Assembly: GCA_900617105.1 (NCBI GenBank)
Contig: UYFQ01000829.1
Span: forward strand, 1 to 64,000
Reading direction: 5' to 3'
Source: Hydrurus foetidus
Lineage: Eukaryota
DNA: 64,000 bases
The translations under genes were made by a program, and so were the position numbers. Shown here in pieces: positions 1 to 10,084 of the stretch. The notes under the pieces are model-generated. The model saw only the letters and a program-made list of their open reading frames with translations. It ran no database searches and had not been told where the DNA came from. Position 1 is the stretch's first letter. Every line of letters begins with the position of its first letter.

Positions 1-729
1 CCGGACGTCAACCAAGCAAAGCTTGCGGCGAAAGATGGGCAGAAGTTAACAGGGTTAACTCTGCACAAAAATTTGGTTTTGCTGAGATGAAACTCAAGCA
101 AGTATCGGGAGATAAATCTTAGTCACTCGGATTGAGTTATCTCAATCCGAGTGACAAAAGTTTACGGCAACCAGACTTCGGAGACTTGCTCGCGATAGTA
201 AAAATTGCTCGCAAACGAGAATGTCGAATAGAATTCGAGATTCTCAAAGCAGGTAATCGGTATGGGATTGCTGGGATGAAACTCAAGCAACCACAAAATA
301 GTCAAGTATCGGGAGATTCCGGGTGACTAAGTTTACGGCGACCAGACTTCGGAGACTTACTCGCGATAGTAAGAATTGCTCGCAAACGAGAATGTCGAAT
401 AAAATTCGAGATTCTCCACGCAAGTAATCGGGTGAGTTAGGGCGGCAGGGTAGTATAGAGGATGGTAGCTTAGAGTAGGAGGATAGGGTCTAAAGAAGAG
501 AAACTAAAGGAAGTAGATCTACTGTGACCTTGGAAGGCAAAAGAGAAGGGAAGTCTAAAGGCTAAAAGGAGCTAATTAGTTAGGGATGCAACAGAAGGTA
601 CGCTAGTAACTTCTGCAAGGCAGCACAAACTAGCTAGTGACTGATAGTCGTGGCTGTGAACACGAAGGTACTAAGGTGGAAACAGCATCTAATCGGCTGA
701 ATGGGGTAGCAGACCCTGAGGGAGCCACA
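1..729 (-). mobile_element. Partial LTR retrotransposon (element 0): 5' LTR 523-729 on the minus strand plus leader running off the window start; probably Gypsy-type
   Basis: 207-bp TG...CA segment. On the minus strand it shares CTAGCTAG, AGAAGTTA and TAACTAA motifs with the 206-bp LTR at 1405-1610. It is followed by the palindrome GTAGATCTAC (513-522) and a pyrimidine-rich leader, and it interrupts a Harbinger transposase at 730. The other LTR and the coding region are outside the window. Confidence 0.65.
150..431. repeat. Imperfect direct repeat (about 110 bp, period about 171 bp) in the leader of element 0
   Basis: GTTTACGGC(A/G)ACCAGACTTCGGAGACTT(G/A)CTCGCGATAGTAA...GAATGTCGAAT...TTCGAGATTCTC occurs at about 160-245 and 331-416. 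Confidence 0.9.
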
Positions 730-730
730 A

Positions 731-939
731 TACCCATTTGAATTTCAGAGTGATATCGTGCATTGTATGAGGACGACTTCTATCTCGAAGGAGTGGTAGA
801 AAATAATATTCAACCTGATGATCAGGCAGACGACGAGAACAAGGAAAATTACAATGCTTTAAAGCTGTGGCGCAATGGCATAGCTGATGCACTTTGGGCA
901 AATTATTTGATTGTTATGGCTCAGCAGAATATTCTGTAA
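731..939 (+). pseudogene. PIF/Harbinger transposase C-terminal fragment (frameshifted, interrupted by the LTR at 729)
   Basis: Manual translation gives YPFEFQSDIVHC, then a frame change, then ...ALKLWRNGIADALWANYLIVMAQQNIL*. This matches the YPxxxQxxIV and RxxIAxxxWxxY end of PIF-like transposases. Confidence 0.7.
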
Positions 940-1404
940 TTAAAATAATCAATCAACATCGATTACCTATTTAGTTATGGTGCTGCTTAAGTATCGAATA
1001 TCATACAGTAAATACTTCCGAAGAACTATTTTAGATGGTGAAACCACGAAACGTACTCGTACGGTACCGTACCGTACGAAAAACCAAAAATTGAAAATTT
1101 CGGAGAAGATTCGATCGGTTACTTGAAAAATTACAGGGGGTCGTGTCGAGAAGATTCAAAGCGCAAAATGGCAATTACAATTCGAGCTTCGCAAGAATGA
1201 AGGCAGCTCTCTGCTCCGCATCGAAGGAATTGAACTGGTTGACCAGGGATTCCTGTTCAGAAAGCAGACAAATGAAGCTCATGATTTGAGCAGATGTCAG
1301 AGTGGAGGTATGCTCCGCCTTGAAGAGGGCGACGGCTGACGCAAAAGGCGTCGTCCTTTCAGAAGACTTTTTCTGTTGGGAGATCACCTCCTGCAGAAGA
1401 GAGG

Positions 1405-1610
1405 TGTGGTCGGACCGGCTATACCGGGCCTACGGGCCGTACCGGACCTAGTCCCGATCCATCCGATCCTACCGCCTACTGAACACATACATCTCTAGCG
1501 CAGCTGCTAGCTAGCTCTAGCCTACTCGTAGAAGTTATCCTAGCTTCTAGCTTAGTCTTGTAACTAACTAACACCTCCATTCTATCGACCTACCTTCTAT
1601 CCGGACTACA
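1405..1610 (+). repeat. Gypsy-1 5' LTR (206 bp)
   Basis: Direct repeat of 7093-7299; TGTGGTCGG...GGACTACA. Confidence 0.97.
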
Positions 1611-2937
1611 ATAGCGCTATTCGTCCACTCTTTCTTCTGCTACTTCTCATTCCGTCTACTCGTCCCAACCTGTAGATAAGACTTCTGAGCTTCCGCTCAA
1701 CGACTTTCGAGCCGTTTTCTTCTGCAGCCATTGGCTCAGAAGACCTAGTCTAAGTTAGAGAAAGTCAGATTAACTGCTTTCTTGGAATCCCCGTGCATTG
1801 GGCTCTTCCAAACTTGACATTTTGGTCGAAGTTGATTTATCCTTCCCAAAAGTCATTTTAGACTTGCTCCGCTGGTCGATCGAATCACAGATTCATCACC
1901 AGAGACATAAGATTAGTCTATAGACTTCTTTTCGTCGACGTTGAGCAACGTCTTTGGCCTTAACGGTCACTCAGATTTTCTACCACTCTAAATTTGGCTT
2001 TCACGCCATAGAACTTTTCAGTTCAAGAGTTGGGTAGAATTGCTTTATTCTTTGTTACTGACGTTACAGTACCCGTTCGTGAACGAGGCGAAGCTCTGGA
2101 AAAATTTTCCTGAGCAGGGCTAACCTCTTCACAGAGATACAGCCATTTTTCTTCGGAGAACTATCTCGAGCGAATAAACGATTTCTGCTCATCTTTTGAG
2201 AATTCGCATGCGGACATCATTGTCCCTTCGGATAATGAACTCTAGTATCCTATAGAATCGTTTACACCGAGTTCTGATCGAATTCAAGATCATCCTGCTG
2301 AGTTATGGACTTAGCGCGACATCGTCGTTCTCGACTGATTTTTATCAGGTTTTGACCCAGAAAAGGTCAGGACCTATAGAAAGATGCATAACAGTCATAT
2401 GAACACGATCTGAAGCTTCTAATCTCTCGAATCGCTCTCAGTAGAGAGATATCGACGATTAAAGAAAATATCCTCCAAGGATTACTGACCATCCTGAGTT
2501 CGGGGTTCGAGCCCCAGTAGGGGTGGGTCACCTTTTCGTACATTTGAAAATGTCGTATTTTTTTTTTAGTTTTCAATATGTGGGCACACATTTTGTAACA
2601 ATTTAACAACAGATTTCAAGTCTTAACAAGATTTTGAGACTGTAAACATTTCAAAAAAAAAAAATTAAGGAGTGTTCCTCCAGCTTTAAGCGAAACTTTT
2701 TCATTGTAATATTTCTTACATTGCAAATGTTCTGTTGCTTTGCAACATGAATCAAAAGATCGTTAGTATGAACCGCTCTTTTCGTTCACGCTATCACGTT
2801 TCTCACACAGCTCTATGCTGAGTAAAATTATTGCAATGCAATATTACGCATTGATTGAAAAAGTGATCGTAAGTGCAATCAACCTTTTGCCTGCACACAA
2901 CACCGGTTAGCCATCAGAGCGCCGCTGATCAATCTGT

Positions 2938-3192
2938 GTGGGGTACAGCGAATTCATCAAGGGTTTTATTTCATTTTACATGATAAAAATTCTTAACGTT
3001 ATACACCTGTGTTATCCTGCCCGTAAGGCCATAACGGTGTGTAGCGGTCGCGACGATCAATGTAAAACTTGCGATTTTACAATCCTTTTTCATTCTTACA
3101 ATGGTGAATGCAATTGCATCAGCCTGCCCATAAGGGTATATCGACAGATTAATTTGCCGAGACAACACTCAGCCGGGACAAAACCAAGGTAG
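2938..3192 (+). pseudogene. Degenerate aspartic protease remnant of Gypsy-1
   Basis: ITVCSGRDDQC aligns by eye with KVCSGLDNHC in the Gypsy-2 protease. The catalytic DTG is absent and the ORF is not joined to pol. Confidence 0.5.
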
Positions 3193-3301
3193 ATCCTTGC
3201 CCAGGACTGCGTGGCTGTCACTTTCGATAATGATGTCTTTAATCTGACTGATATTCATTTCGATTGCATTCGGCATTTCTCCTGAGCTTAGCGCTGAGAA
3301 T

Positions 3302-6300
3302 ATGAGAAAGAGCGATGCTCGCAGACGCGAATTCGAAAGAAAAGAAGCTTTGGATAAACTCGATCCGTTGTTTCAACACAAATATACGCGTCGTATGATA
3401 GCGTTGGGTACCGAACCTGATACAGCCGTAGTCGAGTCTTTAACACCTCACTACGACAAGCTGAAATATCCAGGCGGTAAACCACCCTCTAAAAAGAGAG
3501 AAACACACGGATCTTTCGAGTATCCAAACAAGAAGAGCATATTGCATGGTCAATCTTCTTCGAAGAGCAACGTCTCTTGTGTCCATACAATGTCGACATG
3601 TAACGATACTCAGATGGAGATCGAGGGAGTCGCGACCCAAGATCCCTGTGGTGTTGTAGGTTGTGAGCGACTGAATAGTGTCACTACTATTCTCGCAAAA
3701 CGTACGGGTGATACACCGCACCTAGGTGGCGACCAGATTCCCACCCCTACAAACACTTCTGAGGACTCTGATACCTTAGACTATGTCACTGAGCCTTTAT
3801 GGCCCAGTGGTGTCGCACTCTCAGTTGACGAGATTGACGATGGCAAGATAGATACGTTTGCCCCCTTCTTGGCGGAGAAACCTAGTCAAGATGACTTGCC
3901 CAAAGGGCCAGAGGATTTCCTCAAAGAGATTACCTTTGAAGGAGATGAAAGCTTTCAAAGGAAGCTCCGAGAGCTCTGTTCTGAATATTCAGACATCTTC
4001 AGTGATCAATTAGCTGAGAAACCAGCGTCACTTAAACCCTTTGAGATTAACATCCCACTTGAGTTGTGGGAAAAAGACGAAAACCGTACGCCGGTACGTC
4101 CCCAGTCATCAACGAAAGAGGTTGCTCTCAAAGAAAACCTTGACGAGATGCTTGCATCAGGGGTTATAGAGCGATCAGATGCCGCTTATTACAGTCATCC
4201 TGTAATAGTAACTAAGTCACCCGGTAAATTTCGAACCTGCATCGATTACCGGCCACTTAATAGGTGTCTTAAGCCGGCCTCATTCCCGTTACCAAATATC
4301 AAACACCTCTTTGAGAGGATCGGTAATAAAAAACCGGATATTTTTGGTGTGATGGATTTAACCGCTGGTTACCATCAAGCACCGTTACACCCCGCACACC
4401 GCATTTTTACGGCATTCATATGCTTTGCGGGGGTATTTCAGTTTACGAGACTGCCCTTTGGTCCGTGTCGAGCCCCCTCTTACTTTCAAGAGCAGATGGT
4501 AACGGCGGTCCTCTATGGCCTTATCTATCATTGTTGCGAGATGTATCTCGACGATTGTATAGTATATGGCAAGGGTGAAGCAGAGTTTCTTACTAACTTG
4601 AAAAAAGTTTTTGCAAGATTTAGACTTAAGGGTCTAAGACTCAAAGCTAAAAAATGCCGTTTCGGCCTTCCACGTATTGAATACGTTGGCAGAGTCGTTG
4701 ACAAAGATGGTCTATCCATGTCAAAAGAGAAGATAGAAACAGTTTTAAACTTTTCTATACCTAAAAATTTAACCTTACTCAGGTCATTTTTGGGTTTAGC
4801 GAACTATTTTCGACAGTTTGTACCAATGCATTCCACTTTGGTTAAGCCAATGCAGGATATGATTGATCACTCTGCTCCGAGACGTTCTGCTGTAGTTTGG
4901 ACTCAAAAGAGCACCAACTCATTCGTTGACACAAAGATTGCTATATCTCGTTGTCCATTAATGTACTTCATTGATGACAATAAGTTAGACATCCGCTTGT
5001 ATACAGACGCATCCGACTTTGGTATCGGTGGGGTCTTATTCCAAGTTGTTGGTGCCATTTGGCAACCAATTGCTTTCATTAGCAAATCGTTGACACCTAC
5101 ACAAATAAGGTGGTCTACGATACAAAAAGAGGCTTATGCCATCTTCTATTGTTGTACACAACTCGATTATCTAATCAGAGATCGTACGTTCACTATCCAT
5201 ACGGATCATTTGAACATAACATATATGAAACAAAATCCTACCTCAATGGTGGCGAGATGGTTCATTGCTATGCAAGAACTAGATTTTACCGTGGTATTCG
5301 TACCCGGTACTTCGAATGTTTTGGCAGACGCACTGTCAAGGCTTTGTCCTAATCTGACAGAAATTGCTCTGCCATTACGAACAGAAGAATTGGAATTACT
5401 TCCTACTTCATCATCGTCTTTCACTGTATCAGCTCTGACGGTCATAGAACCAGCTTCAGACGATCAGTTAGAATACATTCAAATGTGCCACAATGCAATT
5501 GTCGGTCACAACGGCGTAGACCGTACCCTTACTCGGTTGTTTAGTTTACAACAAGTATGGAAACACATGAAACAACATGTACGTACGTTCATACAGAACT
5601 GTCCGTGTTGTCAAAAGTTGAGTGCAAAAGATCCTAAGATCAATGCGTCTCATTTTGCAACTTCAAATTATGCTATCTTCGATACGCTAAATGTTGACTA
5701 TATTGGTCCATTTCCTGACAAAGGTTATATCCTAGTCATCATCGATACATTCACACGATGGACAGAATTGTTCTGGTGTGCAGACGCAGATGCTAAATCA
5801 GCAGCTGACTGTTTGCTTGCGCATTTTGGTCGATTTGGATCACCAAATATGATTAGATCTGATCGAGGATCACATTTCGCAAATGAATTGATCAAAGAAT
5901 TCTTAGATCTTTGTGGAACACCACATAATCTCACCCTTGCTTACTCGAAACAAGAGAATGCAATTGTTGAAAGAGTCAACAAAGAGGTGAATAGACACTT
6001 AAGAGGTTTAGTTTTTGATAAACAAACCCTTGAGGGATATGCTAAGTCAATCCCTTTCGTGCAACGTATCATTAACAGTTCAGTTAATAGACGCACAGGT
6101 GTCTGCCCCGCTCATTTATTGTTCGGGAACAAACTTGATTTGAATCGTGGTATTCTCACTCCACACTTAAGTGTCGGAACACATTCAAGATCAACGTACA
6201 TATCAGATTTGATAAGTGTACAAGACGAAGTACTTGAAACTGCGGTTCAAACTTTGTTAAAAGCGGATGCTAAAAACGCCGCGTCAGCTGAATCAGCGAC

Positions 6301-6742
6301 TGTGTTCCCCGTGGGGTCATATGTCTTATGCCGATACACTGATCGACCTCCAACTCGATTACATACTAAGTGGCATGGCCCTTACTGTATTGTCTCCTTT
6401 AAGGGGTCCGAGTATGTTCTCGCAAATCTTGTAAACCACAAGACACGAAGTGTTCACGTCAAGAATTTGAAAATATTCAATTATGACCCAGAGGTAGATA
6501 TACCTGCTGACACTGCTCGTCGCGATTACATGGAGTTCGTGGTTGAGAAAGTTCTGGGTCACGCTGGTGACACCAAGAAACCGACTACAATGTCGTTCCA
6601 TGTTAAATGGCTCAACTACGATGACTCTCATAATACATGGGAGCCGTGGAAATCACTACGGCTCTGTGAAGCACTCCATGATTATTTACGGGATAACAAA
6701 ATGAAACATTTCATTCCCAAAAACATTGAGACATCAGCCTAA
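3302..6742 (+). CDS. pol: Gypsy pol: reverse transcriptase, RNase H, integrase, chromodomain (1146 aa, uninterrupted)
   Basis: RT motifs RTCIDYR, DLTAGYHQ, LPFG, YLDD. RNase H TDASDFGIG, KEAYA. Integrase HHCC, DYIGP, RSDRG, ENAIVER. GPY module. Chromodomain VEKVLGH...VKWLNY...NTWEP. Confidence 0.97.
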   Translation: MRKSDARRREFERKEALDKLDPLFQHKYTRRMIALGTEPDTAVVESLTPHYDKLKYPGGKPPSKKRETHGSFEYPNKKSILHGQSSSKSNVSCVHTMSTCNDTQMEIEGVATQDPCGVVGCERLNSVTTILAKRTGDTPHLGGDQIPTPTNTSEDSDTLDYVTEPLWPSGVALSVDEIDDGKIDTFAPFLAEKPSQDDLPKGPEDFLKEITFEGDESFQRKLRELCSEYSDIFSDQLAEKPASLKPFEINIPLELWEKDENRTPVRPQSSTKEVALKENLDEMLASGVIERSDAAYYSHPVIVTKSPGKFRTCIDYRPLNRCLKPASFPLPNIKHLFERIGNKKPDIFGVMDLTAGYHQAPLHPAHRIFTAFICFAGVFQFTRLPFGPCRAPSYFQEQMVTAVLYGLIYHCCEMYLDDCIVYGKGEAEFLTNLKKVFARFRLKGLRLKAKKCRFGLPRIEYVGRVVDKDGLSMSKEKIETVLNFSIPKNLTLLRSFLGLANYFRQFVPMHSTLVKPMQDMIDHSAPRRSAVVWTQKSTNSFVDTKIAISRCPLMYFIDDNKLDIRLYTDASDFGIGGVLFQVVGAIWQPIAFISKSLTPTQIRWSTIQKEAYAIFYCCTQLDYLIRDRTFTIHTDHLNITYMKQNPTSMVARWFIAMQELDFTVVFVPGTSNVLADALSRLCPNLTEIALPLRTEELELLPTSSSSFTVSALTVIEPASDDQLEYIQMCHNAIVGHNGVDRTLTRLFSLQQVWKHMKQHVRTFIQNCPCCQKLSAKDPKINASHFATSNYAIFDTLNVDYIGPFPDKGYILVIIDTFTRWTELFWCADADAKSAADCLLAHFGRFGSPNMIRSDRGSHFANELIKEFLDLCGTPHNLTLAYSKQENAIVERVNKEVNRHLRGLVFDKQTLEGYAKSIPFVQRIINSSVNRRTGVCPAHLLFGNKLDLNRGILTPHLSVGTHSRSTYISDLISVQDEVLETAVQTLLKADAKNAASAESATVFPVGSYVLCRYTDRPPTRLHTKWHGPYCIVSFKGSEYVLANLVNHKTRSVHVKNLKIFNYDPEVDIPADTARRDYMEFVVEKVLGHAGDTKKPTTMSFHVKWLNYDDSHNTWEPWKSLRLCEALHDYLRDNKMKHFIPKNIETSA

Positions 6743-7092
6743 GTTGCTGATCTCGAACGTATTATCTTTTGAAGATTTTTCCTAATTTTTCCCTCTATGA
6801 GGTTTTTATGGTTTTAGTCAGTAAAAATCTGACATAATTACGTATCGAGGTCTCGTGCGCAAGTACATGGTACTAGGCACCCACCTTATCACCTTGACCG
6901 ACCTACCACCAAGTCTATTTGTATAGATTTTTATTTTATATTATACATTTCAATGTATTATGAGATTTACAGATTTGTAATCTTTTTCTTTATTCTCCCT
7001 TTAGTTAGTTTTAGTTGTATTAGATTTTTGTACAAAACGTGGTGGTCGCGTCATAGGTTCTTTTTCTTCAGAAAAAAGATAAGTGGGGGTGA

Positions 7093-7299
7093 TGTGGTCG
7101 GACCGGCTATACCGGGCCTACGGGCCGTACCGGACCTAGTCCCGATCCATCCGATCCTACCGCCTACTGTACACATACATCTCTAGCGCAGCTGCTAGCT
7201 AGCTCTAGCCTACTCGTAGAAGTTATCCTAGCTTCTAGCTTAGAGCCTGTAACTAACTAACACCTCCATTCTATCGACCTACCTTCTATCCGAACTACA
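7093..7299 (+). repeat. Gypsy-1 3' LTR (207 bp)
   Basis: Direct repeat of 1405-1610. Confidence 0.97.
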
Positions 7300-8344
7300 G
7301 AGGCGAAGACGTTTACGGGCTTTTCCTTCGGCGTCTTCGGAGTCCTCACATAGGGTCTGATTATTCGCCCAACACTCTGACTCTTGACCACCGGTGACTT
7401 AAAACTATCTTTCACTTTTGCTTTGGATAGGACCTCGATTCCGGCAGAGTCGACAACCACGACGTCGCTGCAGCTGGTCTCCGGCGAAGCGAGAATCGCC
7501 TCCTCGGAGTCCTCCGTCGCAGGATCCACGCTGTGATCCTCCCAGGAATTCAAGGCAGCTGCGACAGGAGCTTTCATAATTGGACCTCCGGAGGCTTTAG
7601 CATAGTTTCCTGTAGCCGTGTCGACTGAAATTTAGAGTTTAAGATTTCCTTTGTTAATTTCGATAATTAAAAATTATTTTTCCCTTTATAAAATCAACGC
7701 TTCACTTACGGGAAAAAAGGATGCACAGTTCCTTGTAAAAAGGGAGAGGTGCCCTCGAAAACGCTTTGGGATGAGTTGCAAAGTAGGTGTTCAGCGCTTC
7801 TGGCGCGGCTGTCACCATACCCTTTGCATCCATTCCAAACCCGCTATTATTCGCAAACTGGTCGAATATCGTCCAGTTCTTTTTAAGCGACTCCACTTGA
7901 GAAGAAAGGATTTTCTTGTCGTAGGGCAGTCCTGTTTTCAGGGTGAAATCTGCCACTACTAACTTCCAAGCAGATTTTTTATTTTTGATGTTAGAATACC
8001 TACCATCAGAGTGCTCCAGAAGGCATTCGATGAGAACCTTGCGGTTCACATCGAGCCACTTCACGGAGCCCTCAACTTTAATCTGCACGCTGGACGACTT
8101 ATCAAGAACTGTGCTGAAGAGACGATCGTTACTGTCGATAAGAAAAGTTGCATCGCAGAAACTTTCAGATATCGCACTTCACGAATCAGGTGAATCGTTT
8201 CCAGCACAACTTTCTGTGAATTCTCGTGCCTCAACTTTTTTACCGAACAGCTTTTTCAGTAAAAAATTGAAGGCTCGAGAAACTACAGATTTTCTAAAAA
8301 ACTACAGTTTTTTGGTGGAATTTTCGTTTACCGAACGCACCCAT

Positions 8345-8703
8345 TGTCGGAGTCCACGCTTTAGTTCCACTGAATGGGCAACTAAATCCTTCCTGGGTCC
8401 TTCTGCAACTTCAACCTGGCGTCTGATCACTTTCCCGGGCTCAAGGCGAAAGTGGGTTTAGTTTGGAGTTTAAAGTAATTAACAATGCAACGTAGCTTAC
8501 ATCGTTCATGGAGACAGTCGAGAAATTCGATCTGTCCCGCACAGTCAAACATGGTGTACTTTCATTTTTAATGTTCCTGGATGTGGAAAAAGAACTTGGA
8601 CCGGTGGAGTAGCGACCTCCACGTGGCACACGACGTACGAAACGTCATTAAATGTACATACGTAATAACTTATACGGTTACTTATCACACAGTTATTCCG
8701 ACA
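8345..8703 (-). repeat. Copia-1 3' LTR (359 bp)
   Basis: Near-identical to 20099-20464 apart from a 7-bp indel and a few substitutions. Confidence 0.97.
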
Positions 8704-9786
8704 CACCCCTATGGCGTGAGTCGTCGGGTTGATGTATGTGGATATGAAAACGCAGTAGTTCAAAAATACTCCGTTTACATGGAGTTGCACAGGTGGTGTA
8801 TCATAGCATGATTTTGTAGGGTAGGGAAGTAGGGTAATGGTGAGGTTGGTGTTAGTTGTGACGTTAGATAATTTATTACACACAGGGTAATGTTAGTATC
8901 ATAAGGTCTGACTGATCCTCATGAAAGTAGAATTAAAAACGCGCTAAAAGATTTTTTAGTAACACACATAAGAATGCAATGAAGGCAATTTCCTAACTGG
9001 GTAAATCGCTGCACTCCGCACTTCTTTCTTGGGTCTGGTCCGCGCTCCTCGCTCGTCGTGTCTCTGTCAGGGTTTTCTTGGGGTCTTGAGTGTTTGGGTC
9101 TTGGTTTCGATTCTCACTTGACGGGGCAGTAGGAAAATGACGGAGGGGTAGGAGGAACAGATGGAGTCTTGGGGTCTTTGTCATGATGCGCACTGATGGG
9201 GTAGTAGGAATGGATGGAGGGGGGCAGCAGGAATGACGGAGTCTTGGGGTCTTCTGAATCAGTCTTCGGCTGAAGCGGACAGCGGTGGTTTAGTAGGGTA
9301 TGATGGAGGGGGGCAGTAGGGAGTGATGTAGTCTTGGTGTCTTCGTCGCTGGCATCAAGTCTTCTTCCCAGATGGGTATCGGAAGTGTGGGTTGGTCTTT
9401 TTCCGCGTGGGAGTAGGTGGTGGGTCCACGTGATCCTCAGTCTTGCAGCCTTCTGCATAGGTAATTGAGAGGGGGGGGATGTTGAGTAGCTGCTTCCTCA
9501 GCTTCCTAAATAGCTCCCCCTGCAATGGCTTGGTTAGGATATCGGCGATCATGTCAGTAGTAGGTAGGTAGACGATGTCGATATCGCCTGTGATAATCCT
9601 GTCGTGCAGGAAAAAGTACCGTATGTCGACGTGACGTGTACGTTCACTATTAGAACGACCGTTACGCATTAACTGTATCGTGGACTGGTTGTCCTGGTAC
9701 ACTAGTGCGGGAGGCTGTGGGTGTCCTTGGCTCTCCAGGAAATTCCTGGTCCATAGCACTTGGTTGGCGGCGTCGCTGAGTGCGAC

Positions 9787-10048
9787 TGTAGCCTTATTGC
9801 ATTCCTAAGGGGATACAATGTGTCTAGGTTAACTAGGTACAATAGGTATATTACGCCCAGATTCCACTTTTAGGTCTTAGTTCCACATATGACGTGAATG
9901 CACTTTAGCGTACACATCACTTGTAGATACTCAACTGTAAAATACTAACACAAGTTTACTCCACCTACCCTTTCTTCCCTTGCCCACCGCTTGCATCAAC
10001 CGACCACCACTTTTAGCTCCAACGTCCTAGGCCCCGCCCAAGACCACA
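9787..10048 (+). repeat. Gypsy-2 5' LTR
   Basis: Direct repeat of 15273-15534. Confidence 0.97.
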
Positions 10049-10084
10049 ATATCGATATTTGGTCGATACCAAAGTTTTTTTTTT

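Larger units (their letters stand above)
1405..7299 (+). mobile_element. Gypsy-1: Ty3/Gypsy chromovirus-type LTR retrotransposon
   Basis: LTRs 1405-1610 and 7093-7299 (TG...CA, few differences). 4-bp TSD GAGG at 1401-1404 and 7300-7303. PPT AGAAAAAAGATAAGTGGGGGTGA precedes 7093. RT-RNaseH-integrase-chromodomain ORF. Confidence 0.97.
1175..8088 (-). pseudogene. Harbinger ORF2 Myb/SANT-like DNA-binding protein, one intron (about 7626-7709), split by the Gypsy-1 insertion
   Basis: KW...LIECLLE...KKSAWKLVV...LKKNW...SGFGMD...HPKA...PFYKELCILF matches the Myb_DNA-bind_3 pattern. GTAAGT donor and TTTCAG acceptor are present. Removing 1405-7299 and one GAGG copy restores the frame VNVFASLLQEVISQQK, joining ORFs 7257-7577 and 1175-1387. 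Confidence 0.8.
730..8342. mobile_element. PIF/Harbinger (PHIS)-type DNA transposon, right part; convergent transposase and Myb/SANT genes; interrupted by two LTR elements
   Basis: Transposase C-terminus at 731-939 (+) and Myb/SANT-like gene at 1175-8088 (-). Terminal ACCGAACGCACCC (8330-8342) reads GGGTGCGTTCGGT on the minus strand, a typical Harbinger TIR. The left end is outside the window. Confidence 0.75.

Noticed and set aside
80..431. Repeat-spacer-like pattern suggesting a CRISPR array
   Set aside because: Only two long imperfect units inside an LTR-element leader, eukaryotic context, no cas genes
8441..8629. Small ORFs repeated at 20202-20390 and 59572-59790
   Set aside because: They lie in Copia LTRs; repetition reflects LTR duplication, not coding conservation
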